From Tubiluchus corallicola (taxonomy: Eukaryota; Animalia; Priapulida): a DNA stretch of 64,000 nt. Below are positions 36,515 through 49,537 of this stretch, one piece after another. How positions within the stretch are numbered: the stretch's first letter is position 1; each line of letters begins with the position of its first letter. The notes below the pieces were generated by a model. The model made no database searches. It was not told where the DNA came from and saw only the letters and a list, made by a program, of their open reading frames with translations. The position numbers and the translations under genes were made by a program. The stretch is taken from contig JAQGDQ010002367.1 in the NCBI GenBank assembly GCA_030141605.1, positions 989,065 through 1,053,064 on the forward strand, given 5' to 3'.

Positions 36515-39500
36515 CTATACACATATATACACACACACACACATATATATATTCGGTGCTTAGTTAGTAATTGCATTTCATAAGCACATAGTGGTAACAT
36601 TGTAGTTCATAAAATCCCAAAATTAGTAGTTAGTAATTTTTATGCTCTTTCCTTTTCTCTTTTACATTATCTTTTTCATAATTTTCTTTATTTAGGGATT
36701 TTTATTCACTTATCACATTACTGGGAAAACAATATTGCCAAATAATCATGTTTTAGCATGCACTAAACTTACAAAACTATTTGAATTTGAAAATGTAGAA
36801 TTTATTGAAAGTCAGGACCATGTCATCAATGAGATTAATTAGGCTGAGGTCTTAACATCCCTGTAGGGACGATGAGGCTGTCAATTTTCTTATTGAGGCA
36901 TTTACCATAATAAAATTTTATTCTCCTTAAATGCTGCAGTATTGAACAATTAGGTTCCCAAAATGTGTTTCCCTAAAATATATTATTAGATACACGAACG
37001 AGCCAACTTCTAGAATCAACATGGTGTTTATTAGTGCAGACGATCGTTTCGATAGCAACTGTCATTTTCAATGCTAGAATCAGACCAAAACATATAGTTG
37101 GTAAATTTTATTATGCTGCATACAATATCATTGCACAATCACAAAAGTGAAATTAAATTGCCAAAACATCAGTTGTTCTCACATAAAGAAAACTATAAAG
37201 AAAAAGAAAAATAGTACAAATTCTTTACAGTTTTCTTTATGTGAGAACCTCTGATACTTTGGCAATTTAATTTCACTTTTGTGATTATTTGGTTAGTAGT
37301 GACATAATCATACCACTGCTCTAATTGTGCAAGTACACTGTAAATTATATTTTATACGCAAATAAACATAATAAATAAATAAATAAATAACCAATACAAT
37401 ATATATATATAAATTGTAGTGATTAAATGTTTTGGCTTGATTCTAGCATTGAAAATGACATATGCTGTTGAAACAATCATCAGTGCTAATAAACACCATG
37501 TTAAACATTTTAGTCATTCACATAACGAAAAGCGAGCAGATTTAAAAAAAATCTGAGTAAACTTCTTTACAACACCCGCAACATACATACTAGAACTTGG
37601 GTGACAAAGTACCAAGGTCAGTCGGTTAACTGGAATAGTCCTGACATAGCTAAAAGCCTAGGAGTTGAACTACGGCTTAATACGACCCTGCTTGCATGTC
37701 AAATGAACACAAGGAAATTTGGAAGCTGTCTAGTAACTTACTGTGCATGCATATACTCACCACTATATGCATTAAAAGATTGAAGCTGATGTCTGGTTTC
37801 TCACAAGGTTTCTCCAAAGCAAACACCGTTAACGAAGCCACAGCTGAACTAATTTTATTTGAAGCCGTCACTGACACTTTGTACTCTCCGGCTTTCTCAA
37901 ACATATACTCAACCACTGAGGAATCTTCATTCACAATGCTTCCATCTCCCATGTCCCAGATGAAACTCAGTTCACTACCCGTGAATAGGGAGACGAATCT
38001 GGTGGTACGGTTGACTAATGTAGATCCAGGGTTCTTTATAGACAGGTGACTAATCGGCGTCTGCACAACAAGTTCAACAGGTTTTGAGCTGACATTGTTT
38101 ATGTTATTAGCTGCAAACACTTGCACGACATACCTGTAAAAGATCATTGCTGATTAAAGAAGATGTAATAACATTTGCGTTTAGGCCGCTACAAAAAATT
38201 GCTTCGGTCCTTACCTCATGAGCTCAAAAAATGTCAGTAGGCAAGGAGAATTTTTTCAAATTTTTTTTTAATACTTTGTAAATTTCAAAATCCGTTGAAA
38301 TCAAAGTTTGTTTATTTCCCCCTGGTTAGCAGTAATGTTTTAAATTTTTTCAATGCACATTTTTCAGTTTTTTGTTTCGCATTACTAAAATTATCGTATA
38401 ATTATTAATTATCATATAGTCTCTTTTTTGTGCAGTGTGAACGTATGTTGTGATAATTATGGTGTGAAAAACAACACAAACCTGGCCATTAATGCATTGA
38501 CTTGGCAAAAAATACGATACCTTTCAGCCAACAATACGATTACAAAATACAAAATATTACAGCATCATACAAAATGGCAACTCAAGATATAGGTGTGTAG
38601 CCGTAGAAAAACATGACTGCATTCTCGCCGAAACAAGGTTGTTATTATAATTATTGCTTTTTATATTTTAAATTAAAAAACACGTTTTTATATGTATACT
38701 TTTTTTGCCAGAAAAGTATATTTTTTGCGATAAAAAAATATTACCCGCGCAATTAGATGGAAACAGAAATGTTTTTATTGTTGGCCTTGTTTAACGGTTT
38801 GTGTGAGTAAAAGAAAACTGTGTAAGAGGCACTCAGTTTCAAACAACTAGAGACTTTAGAATAACAATTAATTTATTTACAAAACACAAATTAGGAACAA
38901 ATGTGATTTATTTCAGGCTCTACAATGCATAAAAAAATTTAACAACTTCTTTAGTGTTAAAATAATCTTTCGAAAAAACAATGTTAAAAAATATGAACAT
39001 GTAAAAGTAACAAATTATCTGAAGCTCAAAAGAAAATATCTTATGGCCGTTACATGAAAATTTACCTGCAAGTTACTTTACATCAACTTGTAATAAGCAA
39101 GCACATTAACTTGGTTTTGCATGGGGCATTTGAAATATCGTACACAGGACTCTAATCATGCATGTATGAATAAGTCTGTTATCACCGATACATGCAGTAA
39201 AACATTATACTAATTTCTTACTTACATTGAATGTTTTATACTGTTACTAAACTGCTAAACTTACCGTCCAGGCTGATCAAACATATAAGTAAGTTCTGGT
39301 TGAGAAGTATGTTTGACGTTGTCGCTTGTTCCCATATCCCAAACATACCACTTGGGAGCTCTGGTTTCTGGTATGGCAGTAAAAGAAATATCCTCATGTG
39401 TTGCATACAATCTTTCTGTGATGTTTAATTCAACTCCTTGCACTGGATTTTCTACATAAACCTAAACCACGTAAAGATGTCTATTTTAAAACTCAAAGAA

Positions 39501-42500
39501 TCTTATGATAATTGGTGAGCCACAGGGGTGCCACAGGGAATTCCCTGAGGCAGTGGTCAATAGTCCAAATCATCCAGCAGGGTGCACTGTAAGCTTTCAA
39601 ACGGGGTCTGGTGAATGATTTCTGCTGCATTTCAAGACATTTTGGAGGCATCTAAGAGAACTTAGAAGCAGCTTAAAATAACTTATTTTGGTTAACACAA
39701 ATGAGCATTTTGTGGACTTTGGAAACATTATTTAAAATATAATTTAATTTACTTTTGTTTACAGACAATGCCCAAAAAATTAAGCTAAATTATAATGCTT
39801 TGGTAAAATATGCTATGTAAAAGTAAGTTTTTAGTTTAGTAATTTTTTGAGGCAGAAAAAAGTAGTTTATATGCCGTTATCTGATATGCAAAGGAGGTCG
39901 TTGTCCATTCTGCCTCCCTACAAATCAGCCTTTCACTTGATTCTAAATTATAATTAGAAGATTCTAATTAAGATTCTTTATGTTAGTGAATGACATACAG
40001 AAGAGGTTCAAAAATTTTGATCACAAAGTAAGATAATTTTACCTGTGACGATACGACTTGCTTTCCAACTTTATTATATGCCAGAACAGTTACTCTGAAG
40101 TCACCAGGTGACAGATAGCGGTGAGATACATAAGGAACCTTGTTATTAATGATGTCGCTCTCGTCGCCAAATGACCAATCATATGACAGATTGGTCCCAG
40201 CCGATGTAAGTGCTTTAAAATAACTAAGTTCTCCAAATAGTGTAATATAACTCAGCCGATCAAAGCGCAAGTCTTGAGGTGCAATTTGCACATGAAACGG
40301 CTGTGGTAATTCAACCGCAACATGACCTAGTATGTTAGAAGCTATTACACTTATGTTAAACACCCCCTCACTCATGTATCGATGTCTACCCTGAGCTGTT
40401 TGTAAAGCAAGAAACGGATGCAGCAGGCCAGGTAAAACTTCTATTGTACCGTCGCCATAATCAAATCTAAATTGAACATCTGAGCCTCGATCAGCATGAA
40501 TATTAAACAAAATGACGTCAGACATATAATTTCCACCTGACTGCTTCTTCAGCTCTGTAAAAAAATGGCGGACATCTGAGAATGTTACTCCACTAATTGG
40601 CTCCGCTACCACTATTTTGTACGACAGCTGTGCCACAACAGGTTCAAGGTACGATGGATTTGTCACGTACACTGACACGGTATATTCGCCTGCAAGTCCA
40701 TATTTATGGCTGGCTGTGCTACTTGTCAGGTTATTTGAAACATGGGTTCGCCGTCGTCCAAATGGCTCACCAAAGTCCCATTCAAAAGTAAGGTCATTGC
40801 CAGATGTCACAGTGGCAGTAGCAGTCACCTCTTGTGATACACTCACAACAGCAGGTGCATCTGCAGTAACGATTACTCCATCAATGGCTTCGTCTACAAT
40901 AACTACTTTTGATTTGGATGCTCTGCTCACATAATTCCAAACAGTCACATTCACAACATATCGTCCGGCTTCAGGAAATCTATGCTGCAAATGTAGCTTG
41001 AAAACGGATTTGTTAGCACTTGCTTCTCCTGACCTAACTTTTAATGTGGTATCTCTTGAATGCAATGTATGGTTCCAACCATAGCCATAGTCTATGTTTA
41101 CATAAAAATCACTACTGCCTCCATAAATTTCAATGTCGATGTCAGTGCTCTGACCATAAACTACTAAAGATGCCGAAAAATCAATTGTTTCTATTGCACG
41201 CTGCACATGAATTACCAAAAATGATGACAAAGAGCTGATTAAATTCGAGCATTTCACAGTCAAGTTGAATGAACCCGAGTGCGCAAACTTAGGGGCATAC
41301 ATTGGTAAATGTGTAACATAAATCTCATTGTCAATCGCCCATTCAAATAAGACACCCAACTTCGGATGACTTGCAACTTCATAATTTCCCAAAGCTGGGA
41401 AAGAATCGAGACTGGAAGAGCCAGAAAGTTCACAAGTTTCTACAGGTTGTTCTACCAGTATTAAGGATTCTATTTCGTTGTCACTTTCTTTGGCAGAAAT
41501 GTTATATATGCCAGAAGTTAGAAAAGTATATGTCACAGATGATTCCGCAGTCACCAGCGATGTGTTGCCGCCTTTGCCGAAATGGAAAACATAGTCAACA
41601 TTTTGTTCAACATTATCCAAAGTATGAACAATTTCAAATACAACAGGTTTTCCCACCGTAGTGACTAATTCATGGCGAAGAAATGCTGCTGTCGAGTTAT
41701 CTTGCACAACAAAAGAAAAAGATGTTGATGCAAAATCAATGTTATTATAAGCGGTAAGATTTACATGCCTCTCACCGGGAGTCTCATACATTTTCCACGC
41801 GAAAGGCATAGCTGACCGAAAATCATAGCCATCGTCAAACGACCAATCAAAAATTAGATCAGTCCCTGATGGCAAAGAATTGTCTATGTTGGCTTGAAAT
41901 ATTGCTGTATTATTTGCAACAAACTCACTAATGGGCACGATAGTAAGTTTTCCGAGTTCTTCCTCAACGACTACAATAACAGTTTTGTAAAGTGAACCAA
42001 TATCGTTGAACACAAATGCTGTTATGTTGTATGTTCCTGGTGCGTCAAATAACACAGAAAAAACAAAAACGCCTGTGCTTGATTGAACACCTGTAATATT
42101 TCTTCCATCTACTGATAGATGGGCAGTGAGATGAGAACCGTGTTTTGAACTTATGTTAAACGAGTATGCTTGATTAGTTGCCATAAACCGAGGTGGTGCA
42201 AAGTAGAGATTTTGTGGGCGTTCTTGCACAGTAATAGGCAGTTCTGTAGATGCTACGAATGAGCCAAGCAAATTTGATGCCTCGACAGAGACATTATACT
42301 CATTTGGAACAGTAAAAATAAGCTTTATCACTGAAGATTTGGGCTGATGAACGACATGAGATTGAGCACTGGTTGTGTCAAAGTGCCAGGAAAAGCTGAC
42401 ATCAGAACCAAAGTCCACCTCAGCTTGGCAAGTGACTTCCATGCCAGTTTCAACAACGTAATCGGAAACTGTCAGTTGTAGACTCTCGATCTTCTCGTGA

Positions 42501-45500
42501 ACATAAACTACATATTCAGCTTTGATATTACTTACGTCATTGAAAACATTCACATCTATATTATAGCTACCTACACGAGGATATACAAATTCGATAGATT
42601 GGTTACTCAAAGGCCCGGATCTGTACACAATATCTGAGGATTCGGTAATATTGTAAACAAACTGCTTAAACATCGAGTCTTGTGATAAGCGAACACTGAT
42701 TGTCGTTGAGATGTTAACGGGTACGTAACGTTTTGTGTAAATGTGTGCATTCTGTAGTTCATTTTGTACAACTATTGTACTGTCACTTACATGTTCTATA
42801 ACATCGTCACTATTATGTACTACTGAATGTACATTGAAGGTGCCTTCTGACAGGTATAAATGAAACACTTTTACATGGAGTTCACAGCCGATGCCATAGC
42901 TGGCTACAAGTTGCAGATCTGTTTCACTATGTGCAGCAAGAAAAGTTTTGTTGTCGTCACGCAGTTCATATGCCATCTGGACGCCGTCGCCGTAATCAAT
43001 GTCAAGATAAGAGTTCTGGCGTGCAGAAGTCAATACACTAAGTTCAAATGTAGCGACAGATTGACGTTTAATGACTGCAGGCTCAATGACAGACAAACTT
43101 AAATTTGAAAGAATTCTAGGCACAGCCACCTAAAAATATAAAAGAGAATAATTAATATGTGATACACAAAACATAATACCAATTTAGCAAAATTTACACA
43201 GTGGGCAACACATACTGAACAGTCTTAAAAAAGAAAAAGCTAGGTTTTGACATTAACTAAAGCAGATAAATTTGATCAAAACAACCACACTGCATCGACA
43301 AAATGCCACAAGGAGACATGAGACACAACAAAAAATTCTGTTGCCATTTATTACAAGTGCTAACTCTAGCTATCTTTTCCCATGAGCAACTCTAGTTTTA
43401 TAAAAATTAAACATATTTAATGGCCTATGTTGAGAAAAAATTCAAAGCAAAACATTAATGACAAAAAATATCAAATAATTAATGCAAACATTTTAAAAAA
43501 GAATTTTGCTTGCACAAACAACTCTGCTTACACTGTTAATAATGATAGTTATATGTTAATATAATTTAAGAGTAAATTAAAAAAACAAATTAAAAAAGAC
43601 AATACAAGTTATGATTATCTAACAGAAAAGTAGATTTATGAAAAATATGAGCATTTAAAACCTTAAAGACCAGGTATATAGGTGACAAACGATGACATTA
43701 TGAATTTCTTTTAATGCACCAGGAAAAAATCAAGGAGAGCCTATGATGTAGTGGTACAATGAAGTGTTGCTTGACGTATAAATTGAAAACTTTATTACAC
43801 ACACATATTTCATTCAATTATAATATAAAATTCAATAGCACTTACTGCCAACAAACATGCCACTATGTCACCAACTTAACAGATCTTATCAATTACACTT
43901 ATTATATTGAGACTGCTTCATGATAAATTATGAGAAGACAACCAAGATTCTCCAGATAAATTTCGGTGAAACTTTCTTCACCTATAGACATGAACTTTAA
44001 TGTATGACCAAGAAAATATTGTATCTTGCTGAAGCTATTATTGGGCTACTGCGTATAATAAAGCAACAATTCAGTAATCTTTGTGGCATGCCTGCATCAG
44101 GTTTTCCTTCCTAGCAAGCACAAAAACAATAAAACATATTTAAATTAAATGCATTTTAAGTTTTTTAATACATAAATGTAAATAAATGAAGACCGAAAGT
44201 ATTTCCTGGAAAAACATAATAAAAGCATTTGATATGATATCACATTACAATACTGAATAAGGCAAAAAATGAGCCGGAAGTGCACAGCAAAAGAGAAGTT
44301 TAATACTAGTTAACAACATAACATTTTTTTTGCTAATTATATCCCAAAATATGACTATTGTTGAAAATGTTTACTATGACTGAAAAAAAAGTTTTATGCT
44401 GGATTTATCAGATGCCTGGAAGTGCATATGCGATTTGCTTAATAGAAAAAAATCACTTCATATTGTTTTCAATAAACCCATTTATCAGGCCTGTGTTACT
44501 GTGCTATTGCACATTGGACCCTGCAAAAGCAGAAAAACTGGTCACTTCTCTAGTGGTTTTTCAGCAAGGACTTGCAGAAAAAAGATATGACCGAGGTGAA
44601 AGGGGATATCTGGTAGCGATATATTACTTCAAAGTGTAAGAGGTACAAAGTATTTAAAAAATATGTGCATGTCTGATAAAAACCCGTTTGTAATTTAATG
44701 AACAGCAACTAATTCGCAGCTGTTCATACCTGAATATGCAATTCCGGATGTGGCTCTACTATTTGGAAAAATATCAGATATAATAAATTAATTTCAAGAC
44801 AAATATATGTTAGAGTAAAACTTACTATGTAAAATGTTCTAGTCAATTCACCATAAATGTTGCTCACACTTAGCGTAAGTTCATGCAAACCCGATGTATC
44901 AAAGACATGCATGTGCTTGCTCACTAAACACGCCACTCCCCTACATTTAGAATCAATTCCTGGTCGAAATGATACGACCTGGCCACTTTTAAAGGACCAC
45001 AGAAATGTAACGTTAGCACCAGTTGCCACCGATGCCATCATTATTACCTACAAAATATTGATTTTATACAGTAGAGATTCACGAAATGCCTTCTGAGCAC
45101 TGAAATATTACCTACCAGCACATAGTTAAGAAAAAAAACCTAAGCTAATGTCACTATTCAAAGCGTTTCATTTCAATATGACCATTCAACTCAACTTGAA
45201 TTCAACAACAAACTTACACGAAGTGTGGAGAATATTTAAACTGATAATACTGAGCTTTCAGCATTTGACTATAGATTAGCACAAGTAGGCGACGAATAAA
45301 TATAGCATGATTTTCAGATTATGCTAGAATTTGAGTTGATGGAATACACAATTAGAAATATATTAGCACTTAGAGTTACAAGTTATAGACTATTTTCATT
45401 TTAGGTTTATTACTATATGTAACACTGTAACTGTTTATCCTCAACTAAGAAAACTAGAAAGAAAAAAATCTATTCACTAAAATAGAAAAGACAAATGATT

Positions 45501-48500
45501 TTACAACAGTTCATCATATAAAACTAATTATTGGTGATAGCAGTCTTGACCAATACGGCCATTCGAATCCAGCTATTATAACAATGTCGCTCATGCAAAA
45601 AACAGAAGGTGGCCTCAAGTTAAAATTGTGGAAAATTACATTACAGAGATGGACGGAGAATGAAATAGTAACTTTACTCGTGCTTACTTCTTCATTTGAA
45701 AAGACGGGCAATACACTTTCCGCGGATGGAAGTTGGATATCGGCTGGAATGCACGACGGTGAATCAGCCAAAGTTCCATTTATTTCAAGTTGCAACACTG
45801 AAGGTTCTGGAATGAGGACATGGATAACAGCTTCATCTCTTGCAAATGATATGCCATTTCCAGCCGAGAGCGTGATGTTGTAAGTGCCTGGAAGAGCAAA
45901 GGCATGAATGATGCGTGATCGCGCGTGAGTCTGATTGCCAACAAGTTGAGAAATCCGGCGTAGTTCAACATTGTCGAAATTCCATATGAAATTCACATCG
46001 GTTCCAGCTATAACAAATAAAGCGTTTTTAAGCATATCAGAATTAACATTTCACATGAAACGATTCTGATTGTTCGTAATAAAAAACCCAAAAGGCAAAC
46101 AAAAAGCTCATTATTAGATATTATCTTTCAATTTCTGGAGGTGGCAAATCTTAACAGTTTGAGATCAACGGATTAGAAAAGAATAGTACCTAATGCAAGA
46201 TTACAGCAATATTACTTACTAATACACTTTTGAGCTCACCATTAACATTTTTAGTAATGCTATTAATTACATTACTACTAATATTGTTCTGCAAAGAATG
46301 CAACTTCTCTAAAATCCATTGAGCTTAGCTTTTGCCAAAAAAGATAGTTTGATACACGCTGAGATGCTTTACAGATAAACTGGTATAACTACACACATAA
46401 CGTTTTAAAGTTATTTTGACAACTAAATTTCTTGTAAGATCGATTTTTAATAAATCATGTAAAAATGAATTTTCAACCTTTAGTGTTACTATGATTAGAT
46501 GCTAGCAATGAAATTCCTTCAAGCACAGTCTGCTGCCCCATAAATACTTTCAAGTTCCCACGAATTTTCAAGTCTCTTATGTACGGACCGCGACTTAGGT
46601 ACACTGACCAGGCATCTTTTCCACCACACGTCAAATTTGAGTCTTGAAACAGGGGTGTTTCACATCTGAAAAAAACAATTTTGTGAATTTATCTACACGT
46701 ACATATACAGATTGATGTACTAAATCACTACAGACAATGTCATTTTAAAAATAAGGCACAATGGTATAAATGACAATAAACTTACTAGCAGACTAATTTA
46801 AAGTAGAACTGATAAGCATCATTTGAAGAATACAATTCAAATCTCAAAATTTGGAAACTAAAGTCAAAGTCCAATAAAAATATGCCCAGAAAAAATTATT
46901 TGCAATGTGTGCAGTCTATGGAATTCAGTTTTAATTTGTTACTTGGGTACAATGCAACACCACAGCATGGCAGTTTTATCAGCCAAGTAACCATAGAACA
47001 ATTACTTCAAATCTAAAATTATTTAATAGATAACTTTAAAATAGTTCTGGCTGAACAGCACAAGAAATGACATTGCTGGAGTTCAATGAACATAGGTTTA
47101 TTGCACTAACAAAAGTATTTTTACATTTTTCAATCACAACCACAAAAAATGTGTAGTAGTATTGTTTTTAAATGCAAAAGCATGTAAGACTTTAAATGTA
47201 GTCTTCTTCTGGTCCTAAACTGTAGTGTGCCAAGAATCAATATACCTGCTACATCGCTTACATAGTTTTTTACATAGTTTGATTCTCTACAAGCTGGAAT
47301 TAGTCATTCAAGGGCACAGCCTAATCAACGTAGTCAGGGATGTTACCGAAACTGAAATTACAAACTGAAACCGAAATTTACGATGCATAGGAAGCCGATA
47401 CCAAAACGAAACTAAACAGAAATCATTTTTGCAAAACCAACTACTATTAAAACCAAAAAGATTCTGAAATAAATAAAATACTTATAGTTAGAACACCACA
47501 ACCTTATTAAAACTTTTAATTTACATGTTTAAAAATCATACCAAACATTTCGATAGAGCTACTGTTGTCAGTATCAGTGGTAAATTTTTACAAATGTACA
47601 ACCAGTTTATATAGGCACAGCCTACAGTATAGAACACTATGTGCTAATTAATTATTTAACAGAAGCAAAATAGGTAATGAAAAAGTAGACCAGTGGCAAA
47701 TTTTATTTTGCAAATATTTTGTTACTTATATTTCATAAATTATAAAGTTAAATTTGGTTTTTCAAATTATGCTTTGGTATTTTGCAGATTGTGCCTGGAG
47801 ACCTTAAAGCTTCACAGTCGTTAGCATTGAAGATATGCAGCATTGCCATAAAAAGCATGCTACAAATGGTACAAAAAGTTAAAGAAACAATAATATAGCT
47901 TTATTAATTTAACTATTTTTCAGTGATTTTTAACATCTAAGAGAGAAAGGGTAAACTAGAAAAATACTGCTAAAACCTCGAAAAAATGCTACCAAAAATT
48001 ATCGAAAATTTTGGCTATGAAACTAAGTAATTTTCGATGAAAACTAAACTTAACCAAAAGTGCAATTATCAGCAAACCAAAACAAAATTTTCCTTTCGGT
48101 AACATCCCTGACATAGATGAGAGTGACAAGACTGGAATGCCCAGTTATAGTAGATTAGCAATGAACAATGAGTATAGTGATATCAGGCAGCTGGCAAATA
48201 ATTTAATACAAACATGTACCCATAACTGGCAGTTGTCATGTTAAATTTTAAAAATGTACCTTTGAACACAGAAGTCATTTATCAAAGAACTGTTACCAAT
48301 ACTTTGCACACAACTGCATTCATTAATGCCTGTCACAGCTGCATATTCCACATTATGATTAAGACAGAATTTGGCACATGATACTGGAAGCAGTTCTACA
48401 TCTGATACAACCCTCTCTGCATAACGTAATCTTTCTGTATCTGAAATACACAAATTCCATGGTTTTTCACATTTAAAGTGCTTACCATAAAATTAAGAAG

Positions 48501-49537
48501 GCATCAAAGCCTACAATTTACCCACATTGTGTGCTAAAATAAGTTGGCCTCCTTATTGTATACATGTTAAGCATTCAAGTAAGCAGATAAATTGCAACTT
48601 ATTTAATTAGTTCTAATTATCAAAATATAACTAGCAGAACAACTACTGTAAGGGCACTCTGCTACTCAATGCGCCATTAGTACCACCTTCACATGGCCTT
48701 GAGCTATGATGCGCAGCTCCTCCTTGTGCAGTCGCAGTACTTGCTGACTGTGCAATTGTACTAAATTATGTAATCAGCGATCTACCTAACACAGCTAACT
48801 GTAGTGTAGCAGTTACTGTCATTTCACCCAACAAATACAATATGAATTTGCCATTAACGAAACTTTTTTTATAGAAGAAAATGCATGAGGACAGTTTACG
48901 ACTACAAGAATCCTAAAAATGCTGCCCTTATATATGGTTCATTTACAAAATTTAGTTTTGGTGGCTTGGCACTATGTAAAACAGGTCATCATTAGTTCAT
49001 TGTTAAAAAAAATAAATAAACGGTCCTCTCTCATATGCCTTTTGAAACTGTCAACTGATGAAGCACTGATGGGTGATAATGGTGGACAAAGACATCGTTG
49101 TAATAATAAAGTGTTCATTTTCTTACATCTTTTGGTTAGTGTCCGTCTATTGCCCTACTACTACTACTAGTACTAGTACTACACAACAAAACAATACTCA
49201 CACTAAATGAAATGGACACTCCCACGCATACTTAATTTACATTTATATCAGCAGATAACAGTAAGACAGTGAAATGTAGCTTTCACATATAGAAACAAAG
49301 AAAAACAACGCACTGATAGTAGCACTGCTAGCGTACTAATACTACTACTACTACTAGTACTAGGTTAAGTGACAACCTTGGGCATATCTAGCTGTTCAAA
49401 TAGTCTAGAAGTGAAAATAATCGTATACCTGAGAACCCATTTTCTTTACATCCTTGATACCATGATGTGATTACGTCAAATTTGGTACTAAAAGCACAAA
49501 CAAGAAAAAAGAAACGCAATGTCGAATATAAAAGCAT
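18177..49537 (-). CDS. PKD1L1: Polycystin-1 family receptor, PKD1L1-like, about 4198 aa in 20 exons: 49537-49429, 48440-48260, 46665-46478, 46007-45688, 45047-44826, 43129-40043, 39461-39265, 38133-37761, 36458-35699, 35340-34880, 34127-33839, 32695-32389, 32017-30146, 29286-29079, 28251-28086, 26927-26663, 26221-26026, 25412-25225, 22542-22339, 21180-18177
   Basis: Signal peptide, WSC (WYQGC...CAKFC...ECSC...CGG..SVY), many PKD repeats (WDFGDG-type), REJ, GPS (CSCNHL/TAF), PLAT (IETGSRKGAGTTAKV; SWYLSRVIVED) and polycystin channel region (WLDAQTQTVIVEFSLYNAPTNLF). RYLRFARPP resembles PKD1L1. All junctions are phase-consistent and the summed length of 12597 nt is divisible by 3. PKD1L1 versus PKD1 orthology needs phylogeny. 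Confidence 0.85.
23615..25079 (+). mobile_element. 5'-truncated CR1/L2-type LINE (RT domain + 3' UTR), antisense within polycystin intron 18
   Basis: MDLSKAFD, GIPQVSLTGPVLF, YADD and VKLLG motifs; one frameshift at about 24040; ends in AATAAA followed by a pentamer tail. Confidence 0.9.
25080..25202 (+). repeat. Compound (ATCTC)n/(ACCTC)n microsatellite forming the LINE tail
   Basis: About 24 pentamer units directly after the LINE AATAAA. Confidence 0.95.
28661..28704. repeat. Degenerate telomere-like (CCCTAA)n tract in a polycystin intron
   Basis: ccctaa ccttaa ccctac cccaa ccctaa ctctaa ccgtaa. Confidence 0.65.
29338..29535. mobile_element. Short pogo/Tigger-like MITE
   Basis: TA-CAGTCAACCCTCATTATA ... 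TATAAAGAGGTTTGACCG-TA; internal ataacgcc repeats. Confidence 0.65.
30146..32017 (-). CDS. Polycystin exon encoding the REJ C-terminal part and GAIN/GPS
   Basis: P..G.C...P..G..LET.F...C..W REJ signature; CLYFD...WTDTGC...THCSCNHLTAFG. Confidence 0.9.
32726..33168. mobile_element. hAT-like MITE with GATTAATC-type subterminal repeats
   Basis: TAGTGAGGGGAGATT versus AATCGCCCATCACTA (imperfect 15-bp TIR). Confidence 0.55.
34325..34640. mobile_element. Partial copy of the 12589-13658 hAT-like element
   Basis: Shared TAGGGATGT..GATACAAATTT left end, CGATA repeats and internal segment. Confidence 0.55.
36476..36552. repeat. (AT)n/(AC)n microsatellite
   Basis: Direct dinucleotide runs; a similar (AT)n tract lies at about 35385-35460. 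Confidence 0.85.
37018..37502. repeat. Nested inverted repeat (fold-back), possibly Penelope-like terminal repeats
   Basis: Outer arms 37018-37093 and 37427-37502; inner arms 37137-37202 and 37221-37286. Confidence 0.8.
40043..43129 (-). CDS. Polycystin 3.1-kb exon encoding tandem PKD (Ig-like) domains
   Basis: Repeated DYGDG/WDFG/WSFGD and GxYxVxVxAxN motifs. Confidence 0.9.
47335..48110. mobile_element. hAT-like MITE, 776 bp
   Basis: Perfect 17-bp TIR CAGGGATGTTACCGAAA / TTTCGGTAACATCCCTG; subterminal (cc/ct)gaaa repeats; TSD degenerate. Confidence 0.8.
49429..49537 (-). CDS. Polycystin exon 1 (signal peptide and start of WSC; not in the ORF track)
   Basis: MLLYSTLRFFFLVCAFSTKFDVITSWYQGCKENGFS then G|GTATA; phase 1 joins TTTCAG|AT at 48440. 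Confidence 0.8.

Noticed and set aside
48441-48510. Alternative start of the WSC exon (KCEKPWNLCISD) or a micro-exon
   Set aside because: There is an in-frame TAA upstream. Splicing from 49429 to 48440 supplies a signal peptide and WYQGC in the correct phase.
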